DNA from: Alphaproteobacteria bacterium
GTDB lineage: Bacteria; Pseudomonadota; Alphaproteobacteria; CALKHQ01
Length of the DNA: 64,000 nucleotides
NCBI GenBank assembly: GCA_965227515.1
Contig: CBDDFZ010000002.1
Span: 160,001 to 224,000, forward strand
Direction: 5' to 3'
Below, in pieces: positions 1 through 9,624 of this stretch (the first letter of the stretch is position 1; each line of letters begins with the position of its first letter). The position numbers and the translations under genes were made by a program. The notes beneath the pieces were generated by a model. It had not been told where the DNA came from and searched no databases. It saw only the letters and a list, made by a program, of their open reading frames with translations.

Positions 1-1
1 G

Positions 2-2500
2 TTTCGCCAGTTGCTCGGCCGGCTTCAGGCCGGAGTACAGGAACACCGCCAGGAGCGTCAGCACACCGCTGGCGATAATGCCGACCGCGGTGTTGAAGCC
101 CAGGAGCGAGATCACGTTCACCGTCAGGGCGAAGAAGAAGGCGCCGAACAACGCGCCTGAGAACGACCCACGTCCACCTGATAGTGCGGCCCCACCCAGC
201 ACCGCTGCGGTGATGCTGGACAGCGCATAGGAGCCGCCGGCTGTGGGGTGCCCGACCCCGACCTCTGAGGCGAGGAAGAAGCCTGCCAGCGTCGCGAGCA
301 GCGACGACAGGATGTAGGCGCGCATATGCACGAAATTGACCGCGACCCCGTTGCGCTTCGCCGCCTGCTCACGGAACCCGACGGCCTTCAGCTTCAGCCC
401 GCTGCGCGTGCGATGCAGCCAGAAGTCGAACATGACCGCGACCGCGATCAGGAACAGGGCGGAGGTCGGTATGAAGCCGACGCGGTGGCGCAGCGCCCCA
501 GTGACCGCCTGATGGATCAGGCCGTCGGGGGTCGGGCGGATCATCAGCGCGATGCCCTGCAGCACGCTCAGCATGGCGATGGTCGCGATGACCGGATTGA
601 CCCGGGCGAAACGCACCATCGAGCCATTGATCGCGCCGACCATCACCCCGAGGGCGAGGCACGCCAGGATGCCGACCACCAGCATCGCCGGCCCGGTCTC
701 GAACCCGACCAGGAACGAGGCGGTCACCACCGTCAGGCTCATCATGGAGCCGACGGAGACGTCGAACCCGCGCACCAGCAACACGTTGAACTGTGCCATG
801 GCCACCATCGCCAGCGGCGCGGTTGCCAGAAGAATGTGGCGGATGTTGACCTGGCGCAGGAAGACGTCGCTCTCCGCCATCGCGTAACCGCCGACAGCAA
901 GCGTCAGCACGAACAGGAAGATCAGCGGCACCCACCAGGTGACGCTGCCCGCCGCCAGCATCGCCATCGCGCGCGAGATGCCCGGGCGCGGTTTCTCCTC
1001 GGTGGCCGCCGTCGTGCGGCCCTGGCGCGCGGTCAGGAACGAGGAGACGATCTTGGACTCCGTCACCTCGTCGCCAGTGAGTTCGCGCACAATGCGTCCG
1101 CGCGAGAAGACCAGCACCCGGTCGCAGACCCCGGCGAGTTCCAGCGCGTCGGACGAGTTGACGACACAGGTGGCGCCATCGCGCACCTTGGCGCGGATCG
1201 CGCGGTAGATATCGAAGCGGGCCCCGGCATCGACGCCTTGGGTCGGCTCGTCGATGAGCACCGCATTGGCGCCGAAGTGGAAGCTGCGCGCCAGCACCGA
1301 TTTCTGCTGGTTGCCGCCGGACAGGCCGTTGATCGCCTGGTCCAGGGTTGCTGTGACGATGCCGTAGTCGGCGATCAGTCCGCGCGCGTCATGGTGCTCG
1401 CGCTGCCGCGAGACCAGCCCTCCGGTGGCATAGTCGCCGAGCTTCTGCAGCGTCATGTTCTCGCGCACGCCGAGCTCGGGGAAAGTGGACTCCTGGCCTC
1501 GGTCTGCGCTGAGGAACAGCACGCCGGCGCGCAGGGCGTCCGCCGGCGCGGCGAGCCCCATGGCGCGGGCACCGCACGACACCTTGCCTGTGGCCTCAAC
1601 CAGGCCCGCCAGCGCCCGCAACACCTCACGCTGGCCGTTGCCTTCCGCCCCGGCGAGACCGACGATCTCGCCCTCCCGCGCGACGAAGGAGACGTCGTGG
1701 AAGCCGGCGCCGGTCAGACCCTCGACACTCAGCACAGGGCGGTCGACCAGTCCCTCGCCCTTCGGCGGATACTCCGCCTCGATCGAGCGGCCGACCATCA
1801 GCGCGATCAGGTCATGCTCCGACAGGGCGTCGGTCACGTCGAAGGTACCACGGCCGACGCCGTCGCGCAGGATCGTCACCCGGTCGGCGAGGTCGAGGAT
1901 TTCCGGCAGGCGATGGCTGACGTAGACGATTGCCGTACCGCGCGCGGCCAACTCGCGCACGATGCCGGAGAGCTTCTCCACGCCCTCGATGTCGAGAGTC
2001 GATGTCGGCTCGTCCAGCAGCAAGACCTTGGGCTCGGCGATCAGCGCCTTGACGATTTCGAGGAACTGCCGGTGCGCCGGCGTCAGGTCGCCGACAAGCG
2101 TGTCGGGGGCGATACTGAGGTCGTAGGCGCCGAGTTGAGCGCGCGCCCATTCATTCATCCGTCGGAACGAGACCTCGCCCGTGGCCGACGCGAGATAGAG
2201 GTTTTGCGCCACGCTCAGTTCGCGCACCAGGCTGTCATCCTGATAGACCGTGGCCAGCCCCAGCGAACGCGCAAGCAACGGATCGGCGGCGCTGAGCGTG
2301 TGCCCGGCGATCTCGACCGAGCCGGCGTCCGCCGTCACCGTGCCGCTGGCAATGCCGAGGAGCGTGCTCTTGCCAGAGCCGTTCTCGCCAAGAATGGCGT
2401 GGATCTCGCCGGCCAGGCATTCCAGGTCCATCCCGTCCAGCGCGTGCACGCCGGGATAGGTCTTGGACACGCCAGCCAGCTTGAGTGCGACGTCAGACAT
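2..2500 (-). CDS. Sugar ABC transporter, double ATP-binding domain fused to a permease (RbsA-RbsC-like fusion); 3' end lies outside the window
   Basis: Translated by hand from the ATG at 2500: MSDVALKLAGVSKTYPGVHALD..GENGSGKS (Walker A), second signature LSGGNQQK, then in frame a hydrophobic permease region (WWVPLIFLFVLTLAVG..GFDVSVGS). Missing from the ORF track because it runs off the edge. Confidence 0.88.
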   Translation of the reverse strand, partial: MSDVALKLAGVSKTYPGVHALDGMDLECLAGEIHAILGENGSGKSTLLGIASGTVTADAGSVEIAGHTLSAADPLLARSLGLATVYQDDSLVRELSVAQNLYLASATGEVSFRRMNEWARAQLGAYDLSIAPDTLVGDLTPAHRQFLEIVKALIAEPKVLLLDEPTSTLDIEGVEKLSGIVRELAARGTAIVYVSHRLPEILDLADRVTILRDGVGRGTFDVTDALSEHDLIALMVGRSIEAEYPPKGEGLVDRPVLSVEGLTGAGFHDVSFVAREGEIVGLAGAEGNGQREVLRALAGLVEATGKVSCGARAMGLAAPADALRAGVLFLSADRGQESTFPELGVRENMTLQKLGDYATGGLVSRQREHHDARGLIADYGIVTATLDQAINGLSGGNQQKSVLARSFHFGANAVLIDEPTQGVDAGARFDIYRAIRAKVRDGATCVVNSSDALELAGVCDRVLVFSRGRIVRELTGDEVTESKIVSSFLTARQGRTTAATEEKPRPGISRAMAMLAAGSVTWWVPLIFLFVLTLAVGGYAMAESDVFLRQVNIRHILLATAPLAMVAMAQFNVLLVRGFDVSVGSMMSLTVVTASFLVGFETGPAMLVVGILACLALGVMVGAINGSMVRFARVNPVIATIAMLSVLQGIALMIRPTPDGLIHQAVTGALRHRVGFIPTSALFLIAVAVMFDFWLHRTRSGLKLKAVGFREQAAKRNGVAVNFVHMRAYILSSLLATLAGFFLASEVGVGHPTAGGSYALSSITAAVLGGAALSGGRGSFSGALFGAFFFALTVNVISLLGFNTAVGIIASGVLTLLAVFLYSGLKPAEQLAK

Positions 2501-2584
2501 CGGATCGACCGCTGTAGGCGGATGCGCGGCGAGCGCCGGTTTCAGCCGACACCCACCGCGCCGCAATCGGGTTCGCGACTGCGC

Positions 2585-3766
2585 TCAACCGCCGAACATC
2601 GCTTGCAGCATCGCGTCGTCGATCAGCGTCGACACCGATGTCTCCTGCGGCAGGTCCGGATTGCACAGGCCCTCGGTGACCTGCTTCATGGAGAACGGCA
2701 CGTCGATGTGCGGGTCTACCTCGCCGCCGGCCAGCGACATCATCGCTGCCGTCAGGGCAAACCGGGACTGATAGTTCTGGCCCGAGGAGTAGTAGATCTT
2801 GAAGTCCGGGTCGCCCGCGGCCTCCCAGTCGCAGAACAGGCCCTGCTCGTCGGTGCGCAGCGCGACAATCATGTCCATGTCGCGATTGGCCGACTGGTAG
2901 GCGCGGACGCCACCGCGGAAGCCGTCGGCATACTCGTACAGATAGGCGTCGACGTCGTCGTATTGGGCCAGGAAGCTGGAGACCGCCTCGAACGTGCCTT
3001 CCTGGGTCCAGTTGGTGTCGGCCACGCCCAGGAGCGTGATGTCGGCATTCGCTTCGATCTCTTCTTCGGCGCAGGCCTGCCAGGTGGCGCTCAGCGGGTT
3101 GCCGGGCGTGCCGCCCAACTCGACCACGTTTGCCGCTCCGTCCGAGTTCTCTGCCACCACATGCACGAACGCACGGCCCAGGCCGCAGATGTCTTCCGCG
3201 ATGTCTGCCAGGTAGTCGCTGCCGGCCTCGCCGCCGACCTGCGTGCCGTTGTGCGCCACGACGACGATGCCTTCCTCGGTCGCCTCTTGCACGGTCGGCA
3301 GCAAAGCGGCGCCGTGATCGGCAAACACCACGATGACATCGACGCCTTGGGCGATGTAGGCGCGCATATCCGCGATCGCCTTCGATGCATCGCCACGCGC
3401 GGAGGTGTAGATGATCCGCCCGACCTCGGGATAGGTCAGCGCCTGCATGATGAATTCCATGGCGGTCACGCGCCGCCAGACGTTCTCGCCGAAGCCATCC
3501 GCATAGGCGACGGTGATCTCGCCCCCGGTGCCGGTGTCGCAGGAATTCTCCTCCCAGCACTGCAGTGCCGTTGCGCGTTGCTCGTCGGTCAGAGCCTGGC
3601 CTGCGCGGTTGAACGATTCCACGATGACCGGATTGACGCCCTCGGTGGTGCCAAGAGCGCGCATCATCAGGTCCTCGGCACTCTCCTGCGCGCTTGCGGC
3701 CCCGGGCAGTGCCACGGCAGCCACGATCGCGGCGATCGTCGTGTTGCGTCGCCAGTCATTCAGCAT
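2585..3766 (-). CDS. Periplasmic sugar-type substrate-binding protein
   Basis: Signal peptide (MLNDWRRNTTIAAIVAAVALPGAASA), GGAGGA RBS, Peripla_BP-like pattern (QGVDVIVV, VELGGTPG); directly upstream of the ABC fusion gene. Confidence 0.88.
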   Translation of the reverse strand: MLNDWRRNTTIAAIVAAVALPGAASAQESAEDLMMRALGTTEGVNPVIVESFNRAGQALTDEQRATALQCWEENSCDTGTGGEITVAYADGFGENVWRRVTAMEFIMQALTYPEVGRIIYTSARGDASKAIADMRAYIAQGVDVIVVFADHGAALLPTVQEATEEGIVVVAHNGTQVGGEAGSDYLADIAEDICGLGRAFVHVVAENSDGAANVVELGGTPGNPLSATWQACAEEEIEANADITLLGVADTNWTQEGTFEAVSSFLAQYDDVDAYLYEYADGFRGGVRAYQSANRDMDMIVALRTDEQGLFCDWEAAGDPDFKIYYSSGQNYQSRFALTAAMMSLAGGEVDPHIDVPFSMKQVTEGLCNPDLPQETSVSTLIDDAMLQAMFGG

Positions 3767-3830
3767 TGCCATTCCTCCCAGTTGTACGGCGCCCTGTCGC
3801 GCCGCCATTTGCCCGTGTTCAGACGGGTGG

Positions 3831-4292
3831 CTATTTCTCGATCCACGGATAGCGGGCCGTGTCCCCGCCGGCGTAGTCGGGGTCCAGGTAGATGAAGCAG
3901 CGCTGGATCTTGAAGTCGCGGATCTCGAACACGTCGCACCAGTTGCCGGCGCCCCATTCCGGCACGCCCGCGCGCCAGGGGCCGTCATTGTGCTCGCCGT
4001 GGCTGGTGCCCTCGCACACGATCACGTCGCTGCCCGAGAACACCCAGTTGAACAGCGAATAATGGTGCTGGATGCTCTTCAGCGTGCCGCCGACATCGCC
4101 GAACAGCTTGCCGATCTGGTCCTTGCCGGTGGCGATGCCCCATTTCGGGAAATAGACCTGCGCGTCGTCGGCGAACAGGTCCAGGATCGACCCGCCAGTG
4201 GATGTGACGCCGCCGTTGTCGAATGCCTTCAGGTATTCCATCGCGACCGACTTGCGCTGCTCGTCGGTCATCGTCTGGGTGGCCACGGCCAT
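3831..4292 (-). CDS. NTF2/SnoaL-like domain protein
   Basis: 153 aa; pattern YLKAFD..ILDLFADDAQVYFP..WCDVFEIRDFKIQRCFIYLD is typical of the SnoaL/NTF2 fold; AGGAGG RBS. Confidence 0.82.
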   Translation of the reverse strand: MAVATQTMTDEQRKSVAMEYLKAFDNGGVTSTGGSILDLFADDAQVYFPKWGIATGKDQIGKLFGDVGGTLKSIQHHYSLFNWVFSGSDVIVCEGTSHGEHNDGPWRAGVPEWGAGNWCDVFEIRDFKIQRCFIYLDPDYAGGDTARYPWIEK

Positions 4293-4327
4293 GGTCGCTT
4301 CCTCCTGTCAGTGGTGGGCCGGCTGGC

Positions 4328-5977
4328 TCAGCGCGGCGTTTCGGCATGGGCGGCGTTGGCCGCCAGATAGGCAAAGGCGAGGATCGGACCCAGGGTGGCG
4401 CCACCGGCCCAGTAGGCCCGGGCGGACGCCGATGCGACGCAGTTGCCGACGCCGTAGAGGCCCGGAATGGTCGCACCGCTGGAAGTCATCACCTTGCCGT
4501 CCGGCGTGGTCGCCGGCCCGCCCTTGGTGTCCAGATTGCCGCCGGTCAAAAGGGCCGCGTAGTAAGGCCCCTCGCTCGAGATCGGGTACATGGTGGGGTT
4601 GGGCGCGGCCGGGCTTTCCGCCGCCGGGCCATTGAACAGCAGCTCGACGGGACGCTCGCCGCGATTGAAGTCGTCATCCTTGCCCGCCTCAGCGAACCGA
4701 TTGAAGCGCGCGATGGTGGCGTCCAGGTTCGACGCGAAATCGTCGGCCAATTCCATCCCGCCGATGCGGTGGGACAGGATCTTCACCCGCGCGCGCAGAT
4801 TGTCCGCCAGCGCCGCCAGGGTGTCGCCTTTCACCACATGGCTGTCGTCGGCCAGGTCGCCGACGATGAAGCGCCCGTATTCGTCGCTGGCCGAGTTGTC
4901 CTGCGCGCGTTGATCCCAGATCGCCGCCAGCACAAGGTTGGGGTACTCGCCGCGCGCCGGGTCCCAGGCGAAGAAAGCCTGGGCGGACTCGTTGTAGGCC
5001 AGCTTCTCGTTGGTGCAGCGCCGCCCGTGCTTGTCGACGTAGATCATGCTGTCGCCCGAGGGCGAGAAAGTGCCGATCAGGTCAGGGTCGCCGTTCAGTG
5101 CCTTCTCCAACACGATCGGGCACATCCATGCGTAGTTCATGTTGCGCAGCTCGGCGCCGACAGCCGCGCCGATGTTGACGAAGTCGCCTTCGTTGGTGCG
5201 CGCGGCGCACCCGCCGAGCACCGGCTGAGACAGGAAGTTCTTGCGCATCACCGGGTCGTGGGTGAATCCGCCCGAGGCGAAGATCACCGCCTTGTTGGCA
5301 CGGAAGCTGACGGTCTTGCCGTCGGCGATGTCGGCCTGCAGGCCGATGACAGCGCCACCGGCATTGGTGACGACACGCTGGGCGCGCATGCCGGTGCGGA
5401 TTTCGACGCCCGCCGCGCGCGCCGCCGCCGACATGGTGAGGATCGCGACCTCTCCGCCATCCGACATGGTCTCGCGCGCGTCCTTGGGCAGCAGCACGCG
5501 GCCGTTCGGGGCCTTGTCCTCCGGCAGTTCGGCCCAGTAGTCGGGCACGAAATCGCAGTGGCGATATTCCAGTGCGCCTTTCTCGGCCAGCAACTCGGTC
5601 GCGGTGGAGGCGTTGTCGTAGATCGCCTCGCACATGGCGTATTCCCAGTCGGTCAGGCCGAATTGGCGGTCGTCGGCATCATAGGCCTCCGGCCGCGACA
5701 GGCGCGCCATGTAGCGGATGCAGTCATCCTTGGGGTCTTCGAGCCCCATGGCGCGCATTGCCTTGTTGTTGGGCACCCAGTACCAGAACGCCGCCTTCTT
5801 GGTGGTGCCGCCCAGCTTCGGAGCCTTCTCGATCAGGAGGACGCTGTTGCCGTGCCAGGCCGTGAAGCACGCCGACGCCAGGCCAGCCGCACCGCCGCCG
5901 ACGACAACGATGTCGAAGTGCGCGTCGAAGTCCTGCGTCTGCACCGGTTGCGCCGATGCGCGTGCGATTGCCGCCAT
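4328..5977 (-). CDS. FAD-dependent oxidoreductase, FAD_binding_2 family (3-ketosteroid-delta1-dehydrogenase-like)
   Basis: DIVVVGGGAAG FAD motif, EKAPKLGGTT, KAVIFASGGF, DTKGG, IPGLYGVGN, YWAGGATLG. Confidence 0.85.
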   Translation of the reverse strand: MAAIARASAQPVQTQDFDAHFDIVVVGGGAAGLASACFTAWHGNSVLLIEKAPKLGGTTKKAAFWYWVPNNKAMRAMGLEDPKDDCIRYMARLSRPEAYDADDRQFGLTDWEYAMCEAIYDNASTATELLAEKGALEYRHCDFVPDYWAELPEDKAPNGRVLLPKDARETMSDGGEVAILTMSAAARAAGVEIRTGMRAQRVVTNAGGAVIGLQADIADGKTVSFRANKAVIFASGGFTHDPVMRKNFLSQPVLGGCAARTNEGDFVNIGAAVGAELRNMNYAWMCPIVLEKALNGDPDLIGTFSPSGDSMIYVDKHGRRCTNEKLAYNESAQAFFAWDPARGEYPNLVLAAIWDQRAQDNSASDEYGRFIVGDLADDSHVVKGDTLAALADNLRARVKILSHRIGGMELADDFASNLDATIARFNRFAEAGKDDDFNRGERPVELLFNGPAAESPAAPNPTMYPISSEGPYYAALLTGGNLDTKGGPATTPDGKVMTSSGATIPGLYGVGNCVASASARAYWAGGATLGPILAFAYLAANAAHAETPR

Positions 5978-6247
5978 TGTGCGTGCCCCTGTTTCGGTGA
6001 CCGCCTTGCGGCGATCCGACCGTTCAGTGGGCTACGGCAATGGCCGCTGCCGGTCTTACAGATTTCGTCGTTTACAGATTTTGCGCGCACGCAATCGTGG
6101 GCCAGGCACGTCGAGTGTGCAGGGGTGCTTCAACAATAGGCGTCGTTGTATTCGACTCGAAATCGACATACGCTGACGCGTGTTTTGACTGCCATAGCCG
6201 CACGTGAACAGCAGAACATAAGGGCGGCCGTGGATGGGGGAGGAACG

Positions 6248-7114
6248 ATGGGAGGCATCGCACGTTCTCCGGCAAACGCGGAATACGCGGGCCTGACACA
6301 GTTTCCAGTGACCGGAAATCTGAACGGCATGTCGTACTGCATCTCGCACGACCGGCCGTATGCGCTTGACCTCGACACGGACCGCGACGTCGTCTGCCTT
6401 CTGTTGGGCGACATCCAATCGGTGTCGTGTTTCGAAGGCGACCGCGAGGCGGAGTTCACCTTCTTCGGGGACAGCGCCGCCATTCATCCGCGCGAAGGCC
6501 ACATCCGCGTGCGAGCGTCGGAAGTCAGGCACGGGTTCATTGCGTTCGGCTACCAGCGCGGCTTTGAGGAAACGGCGGATCACGGCGACAGCGTCGGCCG
6601 GAAGATCACGCATTCCTGCAACAACATGCAGAACCAGCAGATCCAGCACCTGGCGCGATATGCGCGCAGCCGGTGCCGTTCCGGTCGGGCTTTCGAACTC
6701 CTGGAGCTGCAATGCCTGGGGTCGTTGGTCTACCTGGAGGCCACGCAGCAGGCCTGTCAGGTGCCGGAGCCGCGGCCGGAGCACCTCTCCGACCGTGCCT
6801 TCGACCGCATCGTCGAGTACGTCGACGATCGGCTGGACGGCCCGATCGCGTGCCCTGACCTGGCGCTGGCAGTCGACCTGCCGATGCGCGTCGTGTTTCA
6901 GGGCATCAGGTCGCGCACGGGCAAGACGCCCTACCGCTTTATCCTCGACAAGCGGACCGCCCGGGCGGAGGATCTGCTGATCAACACCGCACTGCCGATT
7001 GCCGAGATTGCGTACGCCTGCGGCTTCTCCTCCCAGCAGCACCTCACCTCTACCCTGACCCGGACGATCGGCCAGTCGCCGAGTGCCATTCGGCGCCGCC
7101 CGTCTCGCGCTTGA
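6248..7114 (+). CDS. AraC-family transcriptional regulator
   Basis: C-terminal double HTH (LPIAEIAYACGFSSQQHLTSTL); GGAGG RBS before ATG 6248; divergent from the flavoprotein operon. Confidence 0.88.
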   Translation: MGGIARSPANAEYAGLTQFPVTGNLNGMSYCISHDRPYALDLDTDRDVVCLLLGDIQSVSCFEGDREAEFTFFGDSAAIHPREGHIRVRASEVRHGFIAFGYQRGFEETADHGDSVGRKITHSCNNMQNQQIQHLARYARSRCRSGRAFELLELQCLGSLVYLEATQQACQVPEPRPEHLSDRAFDRIVEYVDDRLDGPIACPDLALAVDLPMRVVFQGIRSRTGKTPYRFILDKRTARAEDLLINTALPIAEIAYACGFSSQQHLTSTLTRTIGQSPSAIRRRPSRA

Positions 7115-7298
7115 AACGCTGTGCTCGCGGCTGCCGCGATCGCTTCCTAATTTGATCTTGCAAAGTGCATCCGCGGACTGCAGCGGTTGTCAACGATCCG
7201 CCGAGATATGCCGACTCACGTGGTCGATTTGAGCGCCCAGCCGCGTCAATTGGGCAGCCCGCCTCTGGCTTGGATGAGCAAGTGCCGATGGTTTATTC

Positions 7299-7817
7299 AT
7301 GGTCGGCGGCGAGGCGATCGGTCCCGACATCAAGCTGCTGCTCGATGCCAACAATTGCTGGGACGCGGCGACTGCGGTGCAGGTGGCGAACCGGGTGCGG
7401 GAGTTCGATATCTTTCTGTTCGAGGAGCCGGTCTTCGCCGACGACATTCCGGGGCTGGCGCGCTTCAAGCGCGGGACGGACATCCCGCTGGGAACGGGCG
7501 AGCACGAGTACACGCGCTATGGTCTGCGCGACCTGCTGCTGCACGAGGCGGTCGACGTCGTCCAGCTCGACGGTGCGCGCGCCGGCGGCTACACCGAGAT
7601 GCTGAAATGCGCCGCCCTGGCGCAGGCCTGGAACAAGACGCTGGCGCCGCACGCGATGGAGTACGTCCACCGCAGCTTCGCGGCGGCGGTGGAGAACGTC
7701 ATCTCGCTGGAGCGGCTGCGGATCTTCGAGCCGGTCACGATGCACCTGTTCAAGAACGCGACCGCGCCGGAGGACGGCTTCATGGAGGTGCCCGAATTAC
7801 ATAGTTTCGCCGGCTAG
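7299..7817 (+). pseudogene. Fragment of a mandelate racemase/muconate lactonizing enzyme (enolase superfamily)
   Basis: Barrel motifs LLLDANN, FEEP, TGEHEY and LAPH are present, but the N-terminal capping domain is missing and the frame ends at VPELHSFAG* instead of the usual PGLG tail. Confidence 0.75.
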
Positions 7818-8012
7818 TGATGGTTCAATGCAATCGGCGGAAAGGCTAGAGATACCAATAGGTGGATTCTAGTGTTCTGCGGCATGTCTAACGAACTGGA
7901 CACCATTGGTCACCGTCAGCGCCAACAGGCGGACGTCTATGCGTCCGAATACTGACTTGCCGCAACAGAACCGACTGTCCTACGCTACGTCATGATTGCA
8001 CCCACGACCAGG

Positions 8013-8038
8013 GCTAGGCCCTCGCAACCGGGCCTAGC
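8013..8038. promoter_or_regulatory. Perfect 9-bp inverted repeat upstream of the Liv-type operon
   Basis: GCTAGGCCC-TCGCAACC-GGGCCTAGC; function unknown. Confidence 0.4.
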
Positions 8039-8084
8039 AGTTCGATCCATGCCGGTTCCTGGTAAACCCCTGTGATATGCTGGC

Positions 8085-8852
8085 GTGACTGAACTCCTGA
8101 GCGTAACAGGCGTGACCAAGAAATTCGGCGGCGTGCAGGCGGTCGTCGACGCCAATATCGCCGTTCAGGCTGGGGCGATCACCGGTCTGATCGGCCCGAA
8201 TGGCGCCGGCAAGACCACACTGTTCAATGTCATATCCGGGATGACCCGGCCCGATGCGGGTCGCGTGACGTTCGACGGGCATGACATCACCGGCTGGTCG
8301 CCGGACCGCATCGCCCGTGTTGGGCTGACCCGCAGCTTCCAGATTGCGCGTGGTTTCCCATCGCTGACCGTCCTGGAGAGCCTGATGCTTTATGCGCCGG
8401 GCCAGGCCGGAGACAGTCTGGTGCCAGCCGTATTTCGGCCTGGTGCTTGGCGCGCCCAGGACCGTACGATCGCTGGCCGTGCGGCGCAGGTTGCGCAGAA
8501 ACTGAAGCTGGACCATGTCCTGGACAACCTGACGACGGCACTGTCCGGCGGCCAGAAGAAGTTGCTGGAAATCGGCCGAGCGCTGATGGCCGAGCCGAAG
8601 ATGATTCTGCTCGATGAACCGGTGGCCGGCGTCAACCCTAGCCTGTCGCGGGAGATCGCCGACGTTTTGGCAGGCCTGCGCGACGAGGGCTACACCTTCC
8701 TGGTCATCGAGCACGACATGGATACGGTGGCGCGCATCTGCGACCCGGTCGTCGTCATGGCGGAAGGCCGAGACCTGAAGGCCGGAAGCTTCGCCGACAT
8801 CGCCGAGGATACCGTGGTGCAGGATGCCTATCTAGGCCGGGCGGCCTCGTGA
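8085..8852 (+). CDS. livG: Branched-chain amino acid-type ABC transporter ATP-binding protein (LivG-like)
   Basis: GPNGAGKT, LSGGQKK, LLDEPVAG, IEHD; GTG start. Confidence 0.9.
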   Translation: MTELLSVTGVTKKFGGVQAVVDANIAVQAGAITGLIGPNGAGKTTLFNVISGMTRPDAGRVTFDGHDITGWSPDRIARVGLTRSFQIARGFPSLTVLESLMLYAPGQAGDSLVPAVFRPGAWRAQDRTIAGRAAQVAQKLKLDHVLDNLTTALSGGQKKLLEIGRALMAEPKMILLDEPVAGVNPSLSREIADVLAGLRDEGYTFLVIEHDMDTVARICDPVVVMAEGRDLKAGSFADIAEDTVVQDAYLGRAAS

Positions 8853-9577
8853 GCAGGTTGACTGTCACCGGGCTTGCCGGCGGATATACCCTCGCAGACA
8901 GCATCCTGCGGGGCATCGACCTGACGGTTCAGGCCGGCCGACTGACGGCGATCATCGGGCCGAACGGCGCCGGCAAGTCGACCCTCTTGAAGGCGGTCGC
9001 CGGGCTGATCAAGATCACCGGGGGGACCATACGGTTCGACGAACGCGACATCACGCGAGCGGCCCCAGGCACCATCGCCGGGCTCGGCATCGGTTTCGTG
9101 CCGCAGGAAGCCAACGTGTTCGCCTCGCTCAGCGTGGCGGAGAATTTGGAAATGGCGGGCTGGCTGGAGCCGAAGCGAACCAGGGCGCGTCTGGCGGAAC
9201 TTTATGGGCGCTTTCCTGTCTTGGCCGAGAAGCGGCGTGAGATCTCGCGCCACCTCTCTGGCGGCCAGCGCCAGATCCTGGCCATGGCGATGGCGATGAT
9301 GACCGCGCCGACGATCCTGCTGCTCGACGAACCGACCGCGGGACTGAGCCCGGTCGCTGCCGCCGAGCTGTTTTCCGTCGTTGGCGGGATCAGGGCCGAT
9401 GGTGTCGGCATCGCCATGGTCGAGCAGAACGCCGTGTCCGCCTTGGAACACGCCGACGATGCCTATCTGCTGGTCGACGGTCGCAACGCCAAGACCGGCT
9501 CCGCCGCCGACTTTTTGGCCGACGAAAGCGTGCGACGGATGTTTCTTGGCAAGACGCATGAGGGCATGCCAGCTTAG
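8849..9577 (+). CDS. livF: Branched-chain amino acid-type ABC transporter ATP-binding protein (LivF-like)
   Basis: GPNGAGKS, LSGGQRQ, LDEPTAGLSP, VEQN; GTGA overlap with the upstream gene. Confidence 0.9.
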   Translation: MSRLTVTGLAGGYTLADSILRGIDLTVQAGRLTAIIGPNGAGKSTLLKAVAGLIKITGGTIRFDERDITRAAPGTIAGLGIGFVPQEANVFASLSVAENLEMAGWLEPKRTRARLAELYGRFPVLAEKRREISRHLSGGQRQILAMAMAMMTAPTILLLDEPTAGLSPVAAAELFSVVGGIRADGVGIAMVEQNAVSALEHADDAYLLVDGRNAKTGSAADFLADESVRRMFLGKTHEGMPA

Positions 9578-9624
9578 CTTCGAACTGTAATATCTCCTAC
9601 CAAGCTCAACGAGGAGGACTCATC

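Noticed and set aside
326-3895. 1189-aa + strand ORF
   Set aside because: Antisense shadow of the ABC fusion and SBP genes; no motifs, typical of GC-rich codon bias
4328-5977. Steroid degradation cluster
   Set aside because: No ksh, hsa or side-chain beta-oxidation genes nearby; only family-level similarity
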